64,000 bases of DNA from positions 62,021 through 126,020 of the forward strand of contig JBHLJY010000007.1 in assembly GCA_048887225.1 (NCBI GenBank), given 5' to 3'. Shown in pieces: positions 42,301 through 51,667 of the stretch. The first letter of the stretch is position 1. Each line of letters begins with the position of its first letter. A program made the position numbers and the translations under genes. The notes below the pieces were generated by a model. It worked only from the letters and a program-made list of their open reading frames with translations, was not told the origin of the DNA and made no database searches. This DNA comes from Candidatus Hodarchaeota archaeon. GTDB taxonomy: Archaea > Asgardarchaeota > Lokiarchaeia > Sigyniarchaeales > SOKP01.

Positions 42301-43053
42301 ATGTCGAATGAAAATGTAAATAGGGAATTGTCGAATTTTGGGAGAAGAATGAAAATATTAGCGATAATGACGCTTGTAGGTTTCATATTGGGCATAGTAG
42401 GATGGTTTATAAATGTAACAATTATTAGTATTATAATAAGTATAATTATTATAATCTATTTCCTATTATTGCTAGGGAATATTAAGAGAGCTGGTAGAAC
42501 ACTTAATAATAAAGATTTACTATCATTTTCTCCTAGATTTTTATGGGGGACTATTATAAGATTCATTGGGAACCAATTATTTGGAATTGGAATTTTATTC
42601 ATATTGATACTTATATATGGTGGAGAACCTCTCGCAACAGTGATCCCTTTTATAATAACGGCACTTATAGGTGTAGCCCTTATAATCATAGGATCGATAT
42701 TAAGATTTATGGCATGGGGAGGTTTAGCTACTTTTTTTGAAACAAATTATCAACTATTTCCCCCAAATATCAGTGGTAATGGAAAAACGGGAGCTAAAAT
42801 GTGTAAAATTGCAACTATTCTTGACATGACAATATTTCTTTCATCTATTGGAGATATTTTAAGGATAATAGGATATTTCAAATTGGCTTCCTTAAAAGAT
42901 TTAATAGGAGCTCCAGTTCAGCCAGTACCTCAGCCTTTAGCGCCAATGCCTACTCCTGTAGAAGCTCCATCAGCGAATTTTTGTCCAGAATGTGGAAGTG
43001 CTATTACTCAAGGAGCAAGATTTTGTCCAAGTTGTGGAAGTGAAATACTTTAA
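42301..43053 (+). CDS. Membrane protein with Pro-rich linker and C-terminal double Zn-ribbon
   Basis: TM helices followed by FCPECG...FCPSCG. Confidence 0.8.
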   Translation: MSNENVNRELSNFGRRMKILAIMTLVGFILGIVGWFINVTIISIIISIIIIIYFLLLLGNIKRAGRTLNNKDLLSFSPRFLWGTIIRFIGNQLFGIGILFILILIYGGEPLATVIPFIITALIGVALIIIGSILRFMAWGGLATFFETNYQLFPPNISGNGKTGAKMCKIATILDMTIFLSSIGDILRIIGYFKLASLKDLIGAPVQPVPQPLAPMPTPVEAPSANFCPECGSAITQGARFCPSCGSEIL

Positions 43054-43171
43054 TCTTTTTTTTTTATTTTAATTTTAATTTAAACATTTTTATTATTGTA
43101 ATAACTCTAAAACATGATAACTTAATCTTTGAGCTTAGAAATATAATATAAACCTATAGGAACAATTCTGA

Positions 43172-45166
43172 ATGAATAAAACTCCATATCTTAAGTATAA
43201 AAACATTTACGTCATTCCATCTTTTCATTCGAGAATAGAATTTTCTAAATTAGTTCGTACAGCATATTTTTTGGTATTTCCAGATGTAATCGCAGTTGAA
43301 TTACCAGACAATATAAGAAACGAAGTAATAGAAGGAATAGAAAGATTACCGTTTTTATCTTTAATTGCGTACACAGATACACTCAGTCCAAAAAAAATGA
43401 ATTTTGTACCTATTGATCCAGGAGATTCAATTATAGAAGGGATAAAGATCGGATTAGAATTTGGTGTTCCAATTGAGTTTATTGATTTATCTATAACAGA
43501 TTATTTGCCAACCAGCTTTAGACTACCAGATGATCATTCTTTAAATGAAATAGGACTGCCCTTATTTTACCAAAAAATTTCAAAATATTTTAGAAAAGAA
43601 TTTATGACCAAAAAAATAGAATTAAGAGATAAATTAAGTTTAGAGGATTATTTAAAAAACCAAGAAAATCGAGAGCAAAAATATGACTTTTTAGAGAAGG
43701 ATGTACTTCGCGAGAGATATATGGCATCGCATCTTTTAAAAATGATGCCTTTATATCATAGAATCTTGTTTATTGTAGGTATGGCTCATTGGGAAAATAT
43801 TAAATATTATTTAGAGAATCCCGAAAAAATTCAGGATGTAGAATTAGATTTAATCCCTTATAAATTTGTTAAAATCTATAATGTGAAAAATAAGGACGCT
43901 CGATTCCTTTTAAGAGAATTACCTTATAATACCTACAAATGGTTAAAATTCAAAGAAAAATATTCAAAGGAAGTCTTAGAAGAACTTGAATCTCCAAATG
44001 AATTATATACGATTCTTGAATCTTATAATAAAATTGATCATATTAGAAAGATATTTTTAAAAGCGAAATATGATTACGAGGAAGAATTTAAAGAATTTGT
44101 TGATCTTCACAAATTAAAAACATTGTTTCAATATTCAAGGAATTTATCATTAGCAGAACAAAGATTATTGCCTAACCTTGCACATTTATTAATTTCTTCT
44201 AAAAATATCGTTGATGACGATTACGCTTGGAAAGTATTAAAAAAAGCAACTAAATATCCTTATGATGATGAAAGCAATAAATATGAAACGATGAAATTAA
44301 GCTTAGAAGGGGGATACGATCCTAGTGGACGATATATAAAATTGAGAAGACGCCATCCTTATGACTATGGTAAAGAGCGAGAGGTTCCTCTAAACAAACG
44401 ACCTGAAGAAGAATATGAAGGACAATGGAGAGATGAATGGGAAGAAGGTAAATGGAATACCGTTTCGTGGCCTCCAGAGGATATAATTGAGGAGGATTAT
44501 TTCGCTTATATTCGTAAGAGAGCGCTTAAGAACCTTAAAAATCAGCGAATTAAAATAGAAGAATTCAAATCGAGTCTAATGGATGGCATCGCAATTAAAG
44601 AAACAATTAGAAATTGGGCTTTTAAGAAAAAAATTTATGTGCGAAACGAACAACAAATTCAAGGAAAAATTGATACTCTTGTTGTCATTTTCGATCAGGA
44701 TGATGAAGATGTGGAGAAATACCCTTATAGATTAACCTGGTGGGCGGAACATGATAGAGAAAGCGATATGGCCTTCTACTCAACACTTCCAGGAGACTAT
44801 TTAATTGGACCAGGAATCTCTCATGTAGAGATAGGAGGGATTTTATCTATTTTTCCTCCTCCGAGATTAAAAGAGGTCTTTAGATCGTATATGGATTATG
44901 AGTATCGCGATACTCTTAATAAAGCTGAAAGGCTTTTGAAGGCAGCCATCCTATATTCGAAAGAAAGATATATAATATATGTTGGGGAAGAAACACCAAG
45001 GAAATACTTCTATTCTATGGCAGGAGTTAAAAATAGAGAAATTTTATATATCCCATTAGATTATTTTAGTCAAGAATCACTCAAAACCATTAAACATATT
45101 CATATACTTGCCGGAAAAGACAAAAGGAAAATTGCTCATAACTATATCTTTTTAGACACACATTAA
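43172..45166 (+). CDS. Conserved hypothetical protein with TraB/TIKI-like N-terminal domain
   Basis: H, IAVELP, RE.YMA..L and VG.AH motifs. Confidence 0.55.
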   Translation: MNKTPYLKYKNIYVIPSFHSRIEFSKLVRTAYFLVFPDVIAVELPDNIRNEVIEGIERLPFLSLIAYTDTLSPKKMNFVPIDPGDSIIEGIKIGLEFGVPIEFIDLSITDYLPTSFRLPDDHSLNEIGLPLFYQKISKYFRKEFMTKKIELRDKLSLEDYLKNQENREQKYDFLEKDVLRERYMASHLLKMMPLYHRILFIVGMAHWENIKYYLENPEKIQDVELDLIPYKFVKIYNVKNKDARFLLRELPYNTYKWLKFKEKYSKEVLEELESPNELYTILESYNKIDHIRKIFLKAKYDYEEEFKEFVDLHKLKTLFQYSRNLSLAEQRLLPNLAHLLISSKNIVDDDYAWKVLKKATKYPYDDESNKYETMKLSLEGGYDPSGRYIKLRRRHPYDYGKEREVPLNKRPEEEYEGQWRDEWEEGKWNTVSWPPEDIIEEDYFAYIRKRALKNLKNQRIKIEEFKSSLMDGIAIKETIRNWAFKKKIYVRNEQQIQGKIDTLVVIFDQDDEDVEKYPYRLTWWAEHDRESDMAFYSTLPGDYLIGPGISHVEIGGILSIFPPPRLKEVFRSYMDYEYRDTLNKAERLLKAAILYSKERYIIYVGEETPRKYFYSMAGVKNREILYIPLDYFSQESLKTIKHIHILAGKDKRKIAHNYIFLDTH

Positions 45167-45232
45167 ACAGACTAAAAACAGTCTTTTTTCAAAAGAAAAA
45201 ATATAGTTGATAAAAAATTTAAAAAAATAAAA

Positions 45233-46939
45233 TTACTTTTCAATAGACTCTACATATTCTGAAATTTTCTCAGTTATTATTTCTGGTTTCTCGGCTTCGG
45301 CACCCTTTTTCACATGAGCAAGTTCCAAGCGCTCCCTATGCAAGGTATTCATAGCACAAAAGGGCACTTCCAAAACTTTGGTTGGGTCATCTGGGTCAAT
45401 TATTCCATAGTGTACAAGACAGGACTTTATCCTATTAAGGTCAAAATTATAAGCGTCTTGAAAATGCATTGCACTAACAAGCATATTGCCAGTAAGTAAA
45501 AAGTTGCCAGCTGTTCTCATGTTTGGAGCAATTACTAGTTTGCCTAATGATTGAAAAAATTTGCTATCTAACACTTTTTTAATTTTTACATATTTAAACA
45601 TACCAGCAAAGAAATAGGCCTTCATCATTTGCCTATAGCCAATATTGGTCATATCATCGATAAATTTTCCAACTGTAGCTGCAAGGCTACCATAATCCGC
45701 TAAATTAATGTTTCCTAAAAGACCGGTAGGTTTTGGCACTTCCCTCGATTGGACCATGTCGTAGACTTTGTTAGACCATCTAAGTAATCCTTCTACATCT
45801 ACATAATGTTCAATGGGTTCCCACTCATTATTTTTGTTTATGATCCCTATAGTGGCAAAACCACAGTCGTGATGGCTTGTAGTTGACCAATTCGGAGCAT
45901 CATCAAACCATGCTAATAATCCCGTGAATTTGGCAGTTGTTGCGAGAGGATAAAATTTTGTAATCATATTATTTGTTGCTTTATTAATATCTACTTTTAG
46001 GTCGGAAGTTGTGTATCTTAAATCCATTAATTCTTCGAAACTTATACGACCACATAGAGAAACTGGTTGGAAAACCACACCCCCACATATGTCTTTATAT
46101 TCTTTGGCAAATTCCATAATTGGGCCAACTTGACTGTCGTTTACACCTTTAGCTATAACAGGGACTAACATAAGAGTAATTCCGCCTACTTTTCGAATAT
46201 TATCAACAGCTCTCTTTTTGATGGGCCAAAGATTAACTCCTCTTACTTTTTTCCAAACCTCAGGAGCGTCGGTTGCATCAAACTGTAAATATATAGTATC
46301 GAGTCCAGCATCTTTCATTTCTTGAAGATATTCAATTGATTTAGCAATTCTTATCCCATTTGTTGAGACCATAATATCAAGAAATCCCATCTCTTTACCT
46401 ACTCGAATCATTTCTGGGAGATCGTCTCGAAGCGTTGGTTCTCCGCCAGCAAATTGAAGCAAAACTGCTGGAGTTGGTTTCATAGATCTAAAATGTTCCA
46501 TAATTTGTATGATATCGTCGAAACTAGGCTCAACAACATAACCTTTCGCACTCGCATTCGCGAAACAGATAGGGCATGCCAGATTACACCTATTAGTGAT
46601 ATCTATTAAACATATACAAGGAGCACTTAGATGATTCTTACAAATGCCACAATCATAGGGACATCCTTTCGCATCTTCCCTAATTCCTGAAGATACTTCA
46701 CAAGGTTTCGTTGAAATTTTATCGCCTTTTGTCGAACCGATTTCTTCTGTAAATTTCATGCTCCACTTGTAATCGTCAGCATTGATGGAGATTTTATCCT
46801 TGAACTCGCCATGATCTTCACAAGTTTTTCGAAGCATTACATAATTATTTGTAGGATCTACATAAAATTGCGCTGGTATTTGCGTTAAGCATTCTGGGCA
46901 CAAAGACATAGTTTCCCGTACAATCTCATACTCTGTCAT
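45233..46939 (-). CDS. tes: Tetraether lipid synthase Tes / GDGT-MAS (MJ0619-like radical SAM enzyme)
   Basis: SLCPEC..KTC..HG rubredoxin-like start, CPYDCG.C..H, TNRCNL.CPICFANA, QFAGGEPT, YLQFD, MHFQDAYNFD, PFC..N. Confidence 0.9.
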   Translation of the reverse strand: MTEYEIVRETMSLCPECLTQIPAQFYVDPTNNYVMLRKTCEDHGEFKDKISINADDYKWSMKFTEEIGSTKGDKISTKPCEVSSGIREDAKGCPYDCGICKNHLSAPCICLIDITNRCNLACPICFANASAKGYVVEPSFDDIIQIMEHFRSMKPTPAVLLQFAGGEPTLRDDLPEMIRVGKEMGFLDIMVSTNGIRIAKSIEYLQEMKDAGLDTIYLQFDATDAPEVWKKVRGVNLWPIKKRAVDNIRKVGGITLMLVPVIAKGVNDSQVGPIMEFAKEYKDICGGVVFQPVSLCGRISFEELMDLRYTTSDLKVDINKATNNMITKFYPLATTAKFTGLLAWFDDAPNWSTTSHHDCGFATIGIINKNNEWEPIEHYVDVEGLLRWSNKVYDMVQSREVPKPTGLLGNINLADYGSLAATVGKFIDDMTNIGYRQMMKAYFFAGMFKYVKIKKVLDSKFFQSLGKLVIAPNMRTAGNFLLTGNMLVSAMHFQDAYNFDLNRIKSCLVHYGIIDPDDPTKVLEVPFCAMNTLHRERLELAHVKKGAEAEKPEIITEKISEYVESIEK

Positions 46940-47162
46940 AAAAATCAAATTTTCATTTATTAACTATTTATTTTGTATAAATAATTATTTGATTAAATAA
47001 AATAACTTGTTATAAAAATGTTTTAAGAGTAAAAATAATCTTAAGAATATTATTTTTAAATATCCATTTAAGGAATCATCATACGAAATTATTACATAGA
47101 GAAATCCCTAAACTCTTTTTTTATTTATTATTTAATCTTGATCAAGATATTAAAGAAAAAGA

Positions 47163-47281
47163 GACTCCTGCCAGCCAGACCTAAAGAGAAGGTCAGAAAT
47201 TAAATAGGGGGAGGAGGGCAAAATCATAGCGTACTAAAATACGCTAACCAAAAGACAAAAATCCAGGGTGCGGCAGGAGTC
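47163..47281 (-). ncRNA. Candidate structured small RNA (119 nt), family not recognised; MITE is the alternative
   Basis: Perfect 10-bp terminal stem GACTCCTGCC/GGCAGGAGTC, two internal hairpins, GC-rich within an AT-rich spacer, TATATAAA upstream and T-rich tract downstream on the minus strand. Confidence 0.55.
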
Positions 47282-47513
47282 ATTTTTTTAAAGTTTTTAT
47301 ATAGGTTAGATTTTACTAATTGTATTTTGAGTTGTAAATGAAATTTAAATTTTTATCTTAAGATAATATATACTTTCCATTATATAAAATAATTATAATA
47401 AAAATTTAACAGTAATATTTAAATTAATAGAGTGGTATTTTACAAAATTGTTAAATGCTTCTTTGGCTATTTGCTGATTGGAAAATTAAAATAATATAAT
47501 TATATAGGCTTTT

Positions 47514-47909
47514 ATGGTAGACAAGAAAGAGGAAAAAGAAAAAAGCCCCTTAGGAAGGATTGAGCCCGAATTTAAATTCGATGTTGGCACAGTTGTATTC
47601 TTTTTTATTGGATCAATTATTTCTTGGTTGAATATGTTATTGATTTTTGCGTTCATGGAAGTTTGGGCTTTTTTATCTATTATTCTTATTTCAAGCATTC
47701 CAGGAATAATTGTTGCTTATAAAAACAGGTATTGGGGTTATGGATTTATGTTTGGATATTCTATGGCAGGAATTCCATTTATGATTTTTGTTGATTTGTT
47801 TATAGGAGGCTATGTTTTTGCAACAGCATTATTTATTTTTATAATCATGTGGCTGGTGTTTTGGAAAACGTGGAGATCTCTTTCGGCAATTAAAAAAGAA
47901 AGCGAATAA
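47514..47909 (+). CDS. Small hypothetical membrane protein
   Basis: About four TM segments with charged termini. Confidence 0.7.
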   Translation: MVDKKEEKEKSPLGRIEPEFKFDVGTVVFFFIGSIISWLNMLLIFAFMEVWAFLSIILISSIPGIIVAYKNRYWGYGFMFGYSMAGIPFMIFVDLFIGGYVFATALFIFIIMWLVFWKTWRSLSAIKKESE

Positions 47910-47924
47910 AATTGAGTACTAAAT

Positions 47925-48134
47925 TTATAAGAAGATCAGTTTCTTGCATTTCACGCATTTTTTTCCTTCTTCCTTTGCTTTTTTCGCACACTCTAAACAA
48001 TATTTTGTTTTACAAGCTGTGCATTGATAAATATCTCCTTTCAAATCTCCTTTATGGAATAGACAAAAATTCTCTCCAATTTTCTCGTATTTAGGAGGTA
48101 ATACTGGAGGAGGGGGTATTTCTTTATTACTCAT
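47925..48134 (-). CDS. Stand-alone RING-like Zn-finger protein with N-terminal polyproline
   Basis: C-x2-H-x10-C-x2-C-x4-C-x2-C-x10-C-x2-C; PPPPVLPP. Confidence 0.7.
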   Translation of the reverse strand: MSNKEIPPPPVLPPKYEKIGENFCLFHKGDLKGDIYQCTACKTKYCLECAKKAKEEGKKCVKCKKLIFL

Positions 48135-48155
48135 AATTACCAAATTTAATTATTT

Positions 48156-48632
48156 CTAACCTTTTTTATTATAAATTGGAATATCTTCGATATCGACTTC
48201 AATCACCTTCATGATTGCCTTGAATTTTTCTTTAATAGACAGAATTTTAGTAGCGTCTAAATCTTCTGCAATAATATAAGTCTCATAAAAACACTTTTCC
48301 ATTTCGTAGCAGAGACCGGTTGTATGTAAAATATCTTTACTTAAATCTAGTTCTCTTAACACGCTAGATATCCCTTTCACTAGATCTGGTGAAAATTCAG
48401 TTAATTTTATTAGAACTTTTTTAATATTACTTGTTTTCGTAGGAAAACAGCTTGTTTTAACCACATCTTCTCGAGAAATGAAAATCAATAAATAATAAGG
48501 AGTTTCTGAAATTTCTTTTAAAACTTCTTTAGGAAAAATAGAATTCCTTAATTGGTCTCTATTTATTATCAAACCTAAAGAAATTCTATTCTTTTCTTTG
48601 CTTTTATCGCTTTCAATTCCCATATTAATCAA
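48156..48632 (-). CDS. Hypothetical protein, C-terminal ACT-like fold possible
   Basis: ILHTTGLC....C.YE pattern, beta-alpha-beta repeat. Confidence 0.5.
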   Translation of the reverse strand: MINMGIESDKSKEKNRISLGLIINRDQLRNSIFPKEVLKEISETPYYLLIFISREDVVKTSCFPTKTSNIKKVLIKLTEFSPDLVKGISSVLRELDLSKDILHTTGLCYEMEKCFYETYIIAEDLDATKILSIKEKFKAIMKVIEVDIEDIPIYNKKG

Positions 48633-48849
48633 TACTTATTATAATGTATTAAACAAATTTGTTGAATAAAATATTTAATTTTTATAATTTTTTAATTGTT
48701 ACTTATTTTTTTATTGAAGAAAAAAACATCATATCACCGAGATAACGTATGTATTTTTTATAAAAACTGTTTTTTTTTCTTTTAAAGAAAGAGATTTTAC
48801 AAAGAAAAGCTAAAAAAATAACTATATTAATATCTAAGATCGATAGATT

Positions 48850-49353
48850 ATGTCTTTAAGATGGAAAAACGATTATATGGAAAACTTTGGATTTAAACAT
48901 AAACAATTAGAATTCAACGATAATAGATTTCACGCGATTTATTTCGTAGATAGTGTGACAGGTGCTTTACTTTTAAGTAATAGATATTCAGATAACTCTC
49001 CCGGAATATCTAAAAATTACGACGATTTAATTGGCAGTTTTTTGAACGCAATAAACATGTTTATTAGAGAAATTAAAAGCAATAAAGACGAAGAAATTCA
49101 AGAAATAAATTTTAAAAAAACGCGAATCATTTATGAGAAGAGAGGGCGATTAATTTGTATCGCAATTTCTAAAAAAACCAATCTCCAAACTGAAAGACAG
49201 ATCATTCACGAAATTATGAAAGATTTTTATTATAGATTTGAACATGAGATAAATGAATTCAAAGGTTTCATTGAACCTAAAATTTTAGATTATAAAACCC
49301 GATTAAAATACCTAAATTTGAACTCCTTAGTCTCGTTCAATAAAAATATTTAA
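48850..49353 (+). CDS. Longin-like domain protein
   Basis: AIYFVD..TG.LL....Y, DLI.SFL.AI..F..EI, IQEI.F....I.Y. Confidence 0.65.
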   Translation: MSLRWKNDYMENFGFKHKQLEFNDNRFHAIYFVDSVTGALLLSNRYSDNSPGISKNYDDLIGSFLNAINMFIREIKSNKDEEIQEINFKKTRIIYEKRGRLICIAISKKTNLQTERQIIHEIMKDFYYRFEHEINEFKGFIEPKILDYKTRLKYLNLNSLVSFNKNI

Positions 49354-49362
49354 AAAAAAGCG

Positions 49363-50691
49363 TTAACTCTTTCTGTGTTTTTTTAGTTGATCTAACCATT
49401 TTTCTAAGTCAGTTTTAGTTGTTTCGCGTTCATCTGGTTCACGTCCGATTTTTTTTTGTTCAATTTTTTCAATCTCGGATTCGAGTTTTTCACCTATTGC
49501 TTTTACATCAGCTTTCAAACTTTGCCGTTTTTCGTCCAATTCACGTTGTTTATCTATTCTAAAGGCTTTTTCCCCAACTGAATGAGTTATAGCTTTAGCT
49601 GAAGTTTCCATATCAGGTTTTAACTCTTTAAGTTCAGTGTCCCTCTCTCTTTTTTTGTCAATCATGAATGCTTTTTCACTGACAGACTTACTTATGGCTT
49701 CAGCAGTGCTCTCTATTCTTGGTTTCAATTCTTTAAGTTGAATATCTTTTTCTCTTTTCTTTTCAATCATGTGAGCTTTTTCTTCGATTGATTTACTTAT
49801 TGCTTTGGCAGATTTTTCCATGTCCGGTTTTAATACTTTGCGTAGAGTATCTCGTTCTTTTTGTTTCTCGATCATAAAGGCTTTTTCGCCGATAATTTTG
49901 TTAATCGCCTCGGCAGATTTCTCAATTTCAGGTTTTAATTTCTTAAGTTGAATACTTTTTTCCCTCTGTTTTTCGATCATAAAAGCTTTTTCTCCGACAG
50001 ATTTTCTAATTGCTTCAGCGGTACTTACTATTCTGGGCTTCAATTCTTTAAGTTGAATGTCTTTGTCTCTTTTCTTTTCAATCATATAAGCTTTTTCTTC
50101 GATTGATTTACTTATTGCTTCGGCAGATTTTTCCATGTCCGATTTTAATTCCTTGCGTTGAGCATTTCTCTCTTTCTTCTTTTCAATCATAAAGGCTTTT
50201 TTGTCGACAGATTTGCTAATTGCTTCCATTGATTTTGCTATGTTTGGTTTCAAACCTTTAAGTTGAGCGTCTCTTTCCCTCTGTTTTTCGATCATAAAAG
50301 CTTTTTCGCTGACAGATTTACTTATAGCCTCAGCGGTGCTTTCTATTCTGGGTTTCAATTCTTTAAGTTGAATTTCTTTTTCTCTTTTTTTGTCGATCAT
50401 ATATGCTTTTTCTCCAATTGATTTGCTGATTATCTCGGCAGATTTTTCAATGTCTGGTTTTATTCCTATACGTTGAAGATCCTTTTCTCTTTTTTTATCA
50501 ATCATAAAAGCTTTTTCGCCAATAGATTTTTCTATTTGTGTTTTACTTTCTTCGAAAGATTTCTTTCTTCGTTCTTCAGTTTTTTTTAAATATTTTTCTC
50601 TCTCCTCCTTTTCTTGTTTGAATAGATCTTCAATAATTTTTTTCTGTTTTTTGACGTCTTCTGGATCTAATGGTTTTTCATTTTCTTCCAT
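49363..50691 (-). CDS. Charged alpha-helical tandem-repeat protein (10 x 35 aa)
   Basis: Consensus SI.EKAFMIEKKRE.D.QLK.LKP.IE.SAEAISK repeated ten times. Confidence 0.85.
   Translation of the reverse strand: MEENEKPLDPEDVKKQKKIIEDLFKQEKEEREKYLKKTEERRKKSFEESKTQIEKSIGEKAFMIDKKREKDLQRIGIKPDIEKSAEIISKSIGEKAYMIDKKREKEIQLKELKPRIESTAEAISKSVSEKAFMIEKQRERDAQLKGLKPNIAKSMEAISKSVDKKAFMIEKKKERNAQRKELKSDMEKSAEAISKSIEEKAYMIEKKRDKDIQLKELKPRIVSTAEAIRKSVGEKAFMIEKQREKSIQLKKLKPEIEKSAEAINKIIGEKAFMIEKQKERDTLRKVLKPDMEKSAKAISKSIEEKAHMIEKKREKDIQLKELKPRIESTAEAISKSVSEKAFMIDKKRERDTELKELKPDMETSAKAITHSVGEKAFRIDKQRELDEKRQSLKADVKAIGEKLESEIEKIEQKKIGREPDERETTKTDLEKWLDQLKKHRKS
49477..50526 (-). repeat. Coding tandem repeat, 105-bp unit x10, with 315-bp higher-order period
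   Basis: Units 2/5/8, 1/4/7 and 3/6/9 are mutually most similar. Confidence 0.9.
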
Positions 50692-50817
50692 AAAATTCAC
50701 TCTTATAAAAAAAGAAGGTCCTTAGTTATAATTATAAGACCTTGATTATTATAATTTTCTTATTGAAAATTAATTTTATAAAAAAATTAAAATGAACCAA
50801 TATTGCTTTCAAAACTC

Positions 50818-51570
50818 TTATTTATTTATTGGAAGAGGTTCAAATGATTCATCTATAGAATCCATTAAACTCAAAACAGTAAGTCGCATTGCCAGCATTT
50901 CTTCAACTTCTTTCATTAATTTCTTATACGATTCTGACTCCTTTGATAAATTATACTCACCAACCAGTTGATCATAAGTTTCTTTTAACTGTAATTTTAA
51001 AGTGTCTTGACTATCTAAGCTAAGTTCTTGAATTTCAAGCCAATTATCAATCTCTTTCTTTATTTTAATTTCATTTTCATCGTTTAAGATATAAGAAACC
51101 TCTATTTCCTCATAATCCTTAATTTTGCTGAGATAGTCTTCATCTGAATACATTGGTTTAAGTAATAATCCGAGATTAATAATTAAAGGCTGAAGCTGTA
51201 ATTTCTCTAAGGAACGGGAAAGAAAATTAAGGATTTCTTCTTTTTGTGATAGATTAGAATAGGTAATATATTCCTGAACAAATCTCATAAGTGAATTTTT
51301 TATTAATAACTCGTCGTAGTCTTCTAAATTTTCAGCCTTTATTTCTAAAGTTTTTTTTATACAAATAAAAACAGAATTCATAAAGGGTTTTATTTCTTTA
51401 AACATAGCAAAATTAGTTATAAAATTAAATGTTTTACCTAAGACTTTTGATTTTATATCCTCCGATTCCGATTTAAAAGTATAGTTTACAACTTCCTCCA
51501 GATCAAATCTATCATCAGGAATTGATAAAAAGCTTTTTATCTCGGAATATAAAGATCTAAGTTCAGTCAC
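50818..51570 (-). CDS. Hypothetical helical protein
   Basis: 250-aa ORF, no motif recognised. Confidence 0.65.
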   Translation of the reverse strand: MTELRSLYSEIKSFLSIPDDRFDLEEVVNYTFKSESEDIKSKVLGKTFNFITNFAMFKEIKPFMNSVFICIKKTLEIKAENLEDYDELLIKNSLMRFVQEYITYSNLSQKEEILNFLSRSLEKLQLQPLIINLGLLLKPMYSDEDYLSKIKDYEEIEVSYILNDENEIKIKKEIDNWLEIQELSLDSQDTLKLQLKETYDQLVGEYNLSKESESYKKLMKEVEEMLAMRLTVLSLMDSIDESFEPLPINK

Positions 51571-51667
51571 TACAATTAAAGTAATAGTGTATGCTTTTTT
51601 ATAATTTTTTTTATAAAATCTCTATGAATTCATTTTAAAAATTGATTTTAAAAACTTTTTTATTTTA

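Noticed and set aside
47163-47281. 5S rRNA or tRNA
   Set aside because: Similar length and closing stem, but no CCGAAC loop or other 5S motifs and no cloverleaf or TTCGA arm
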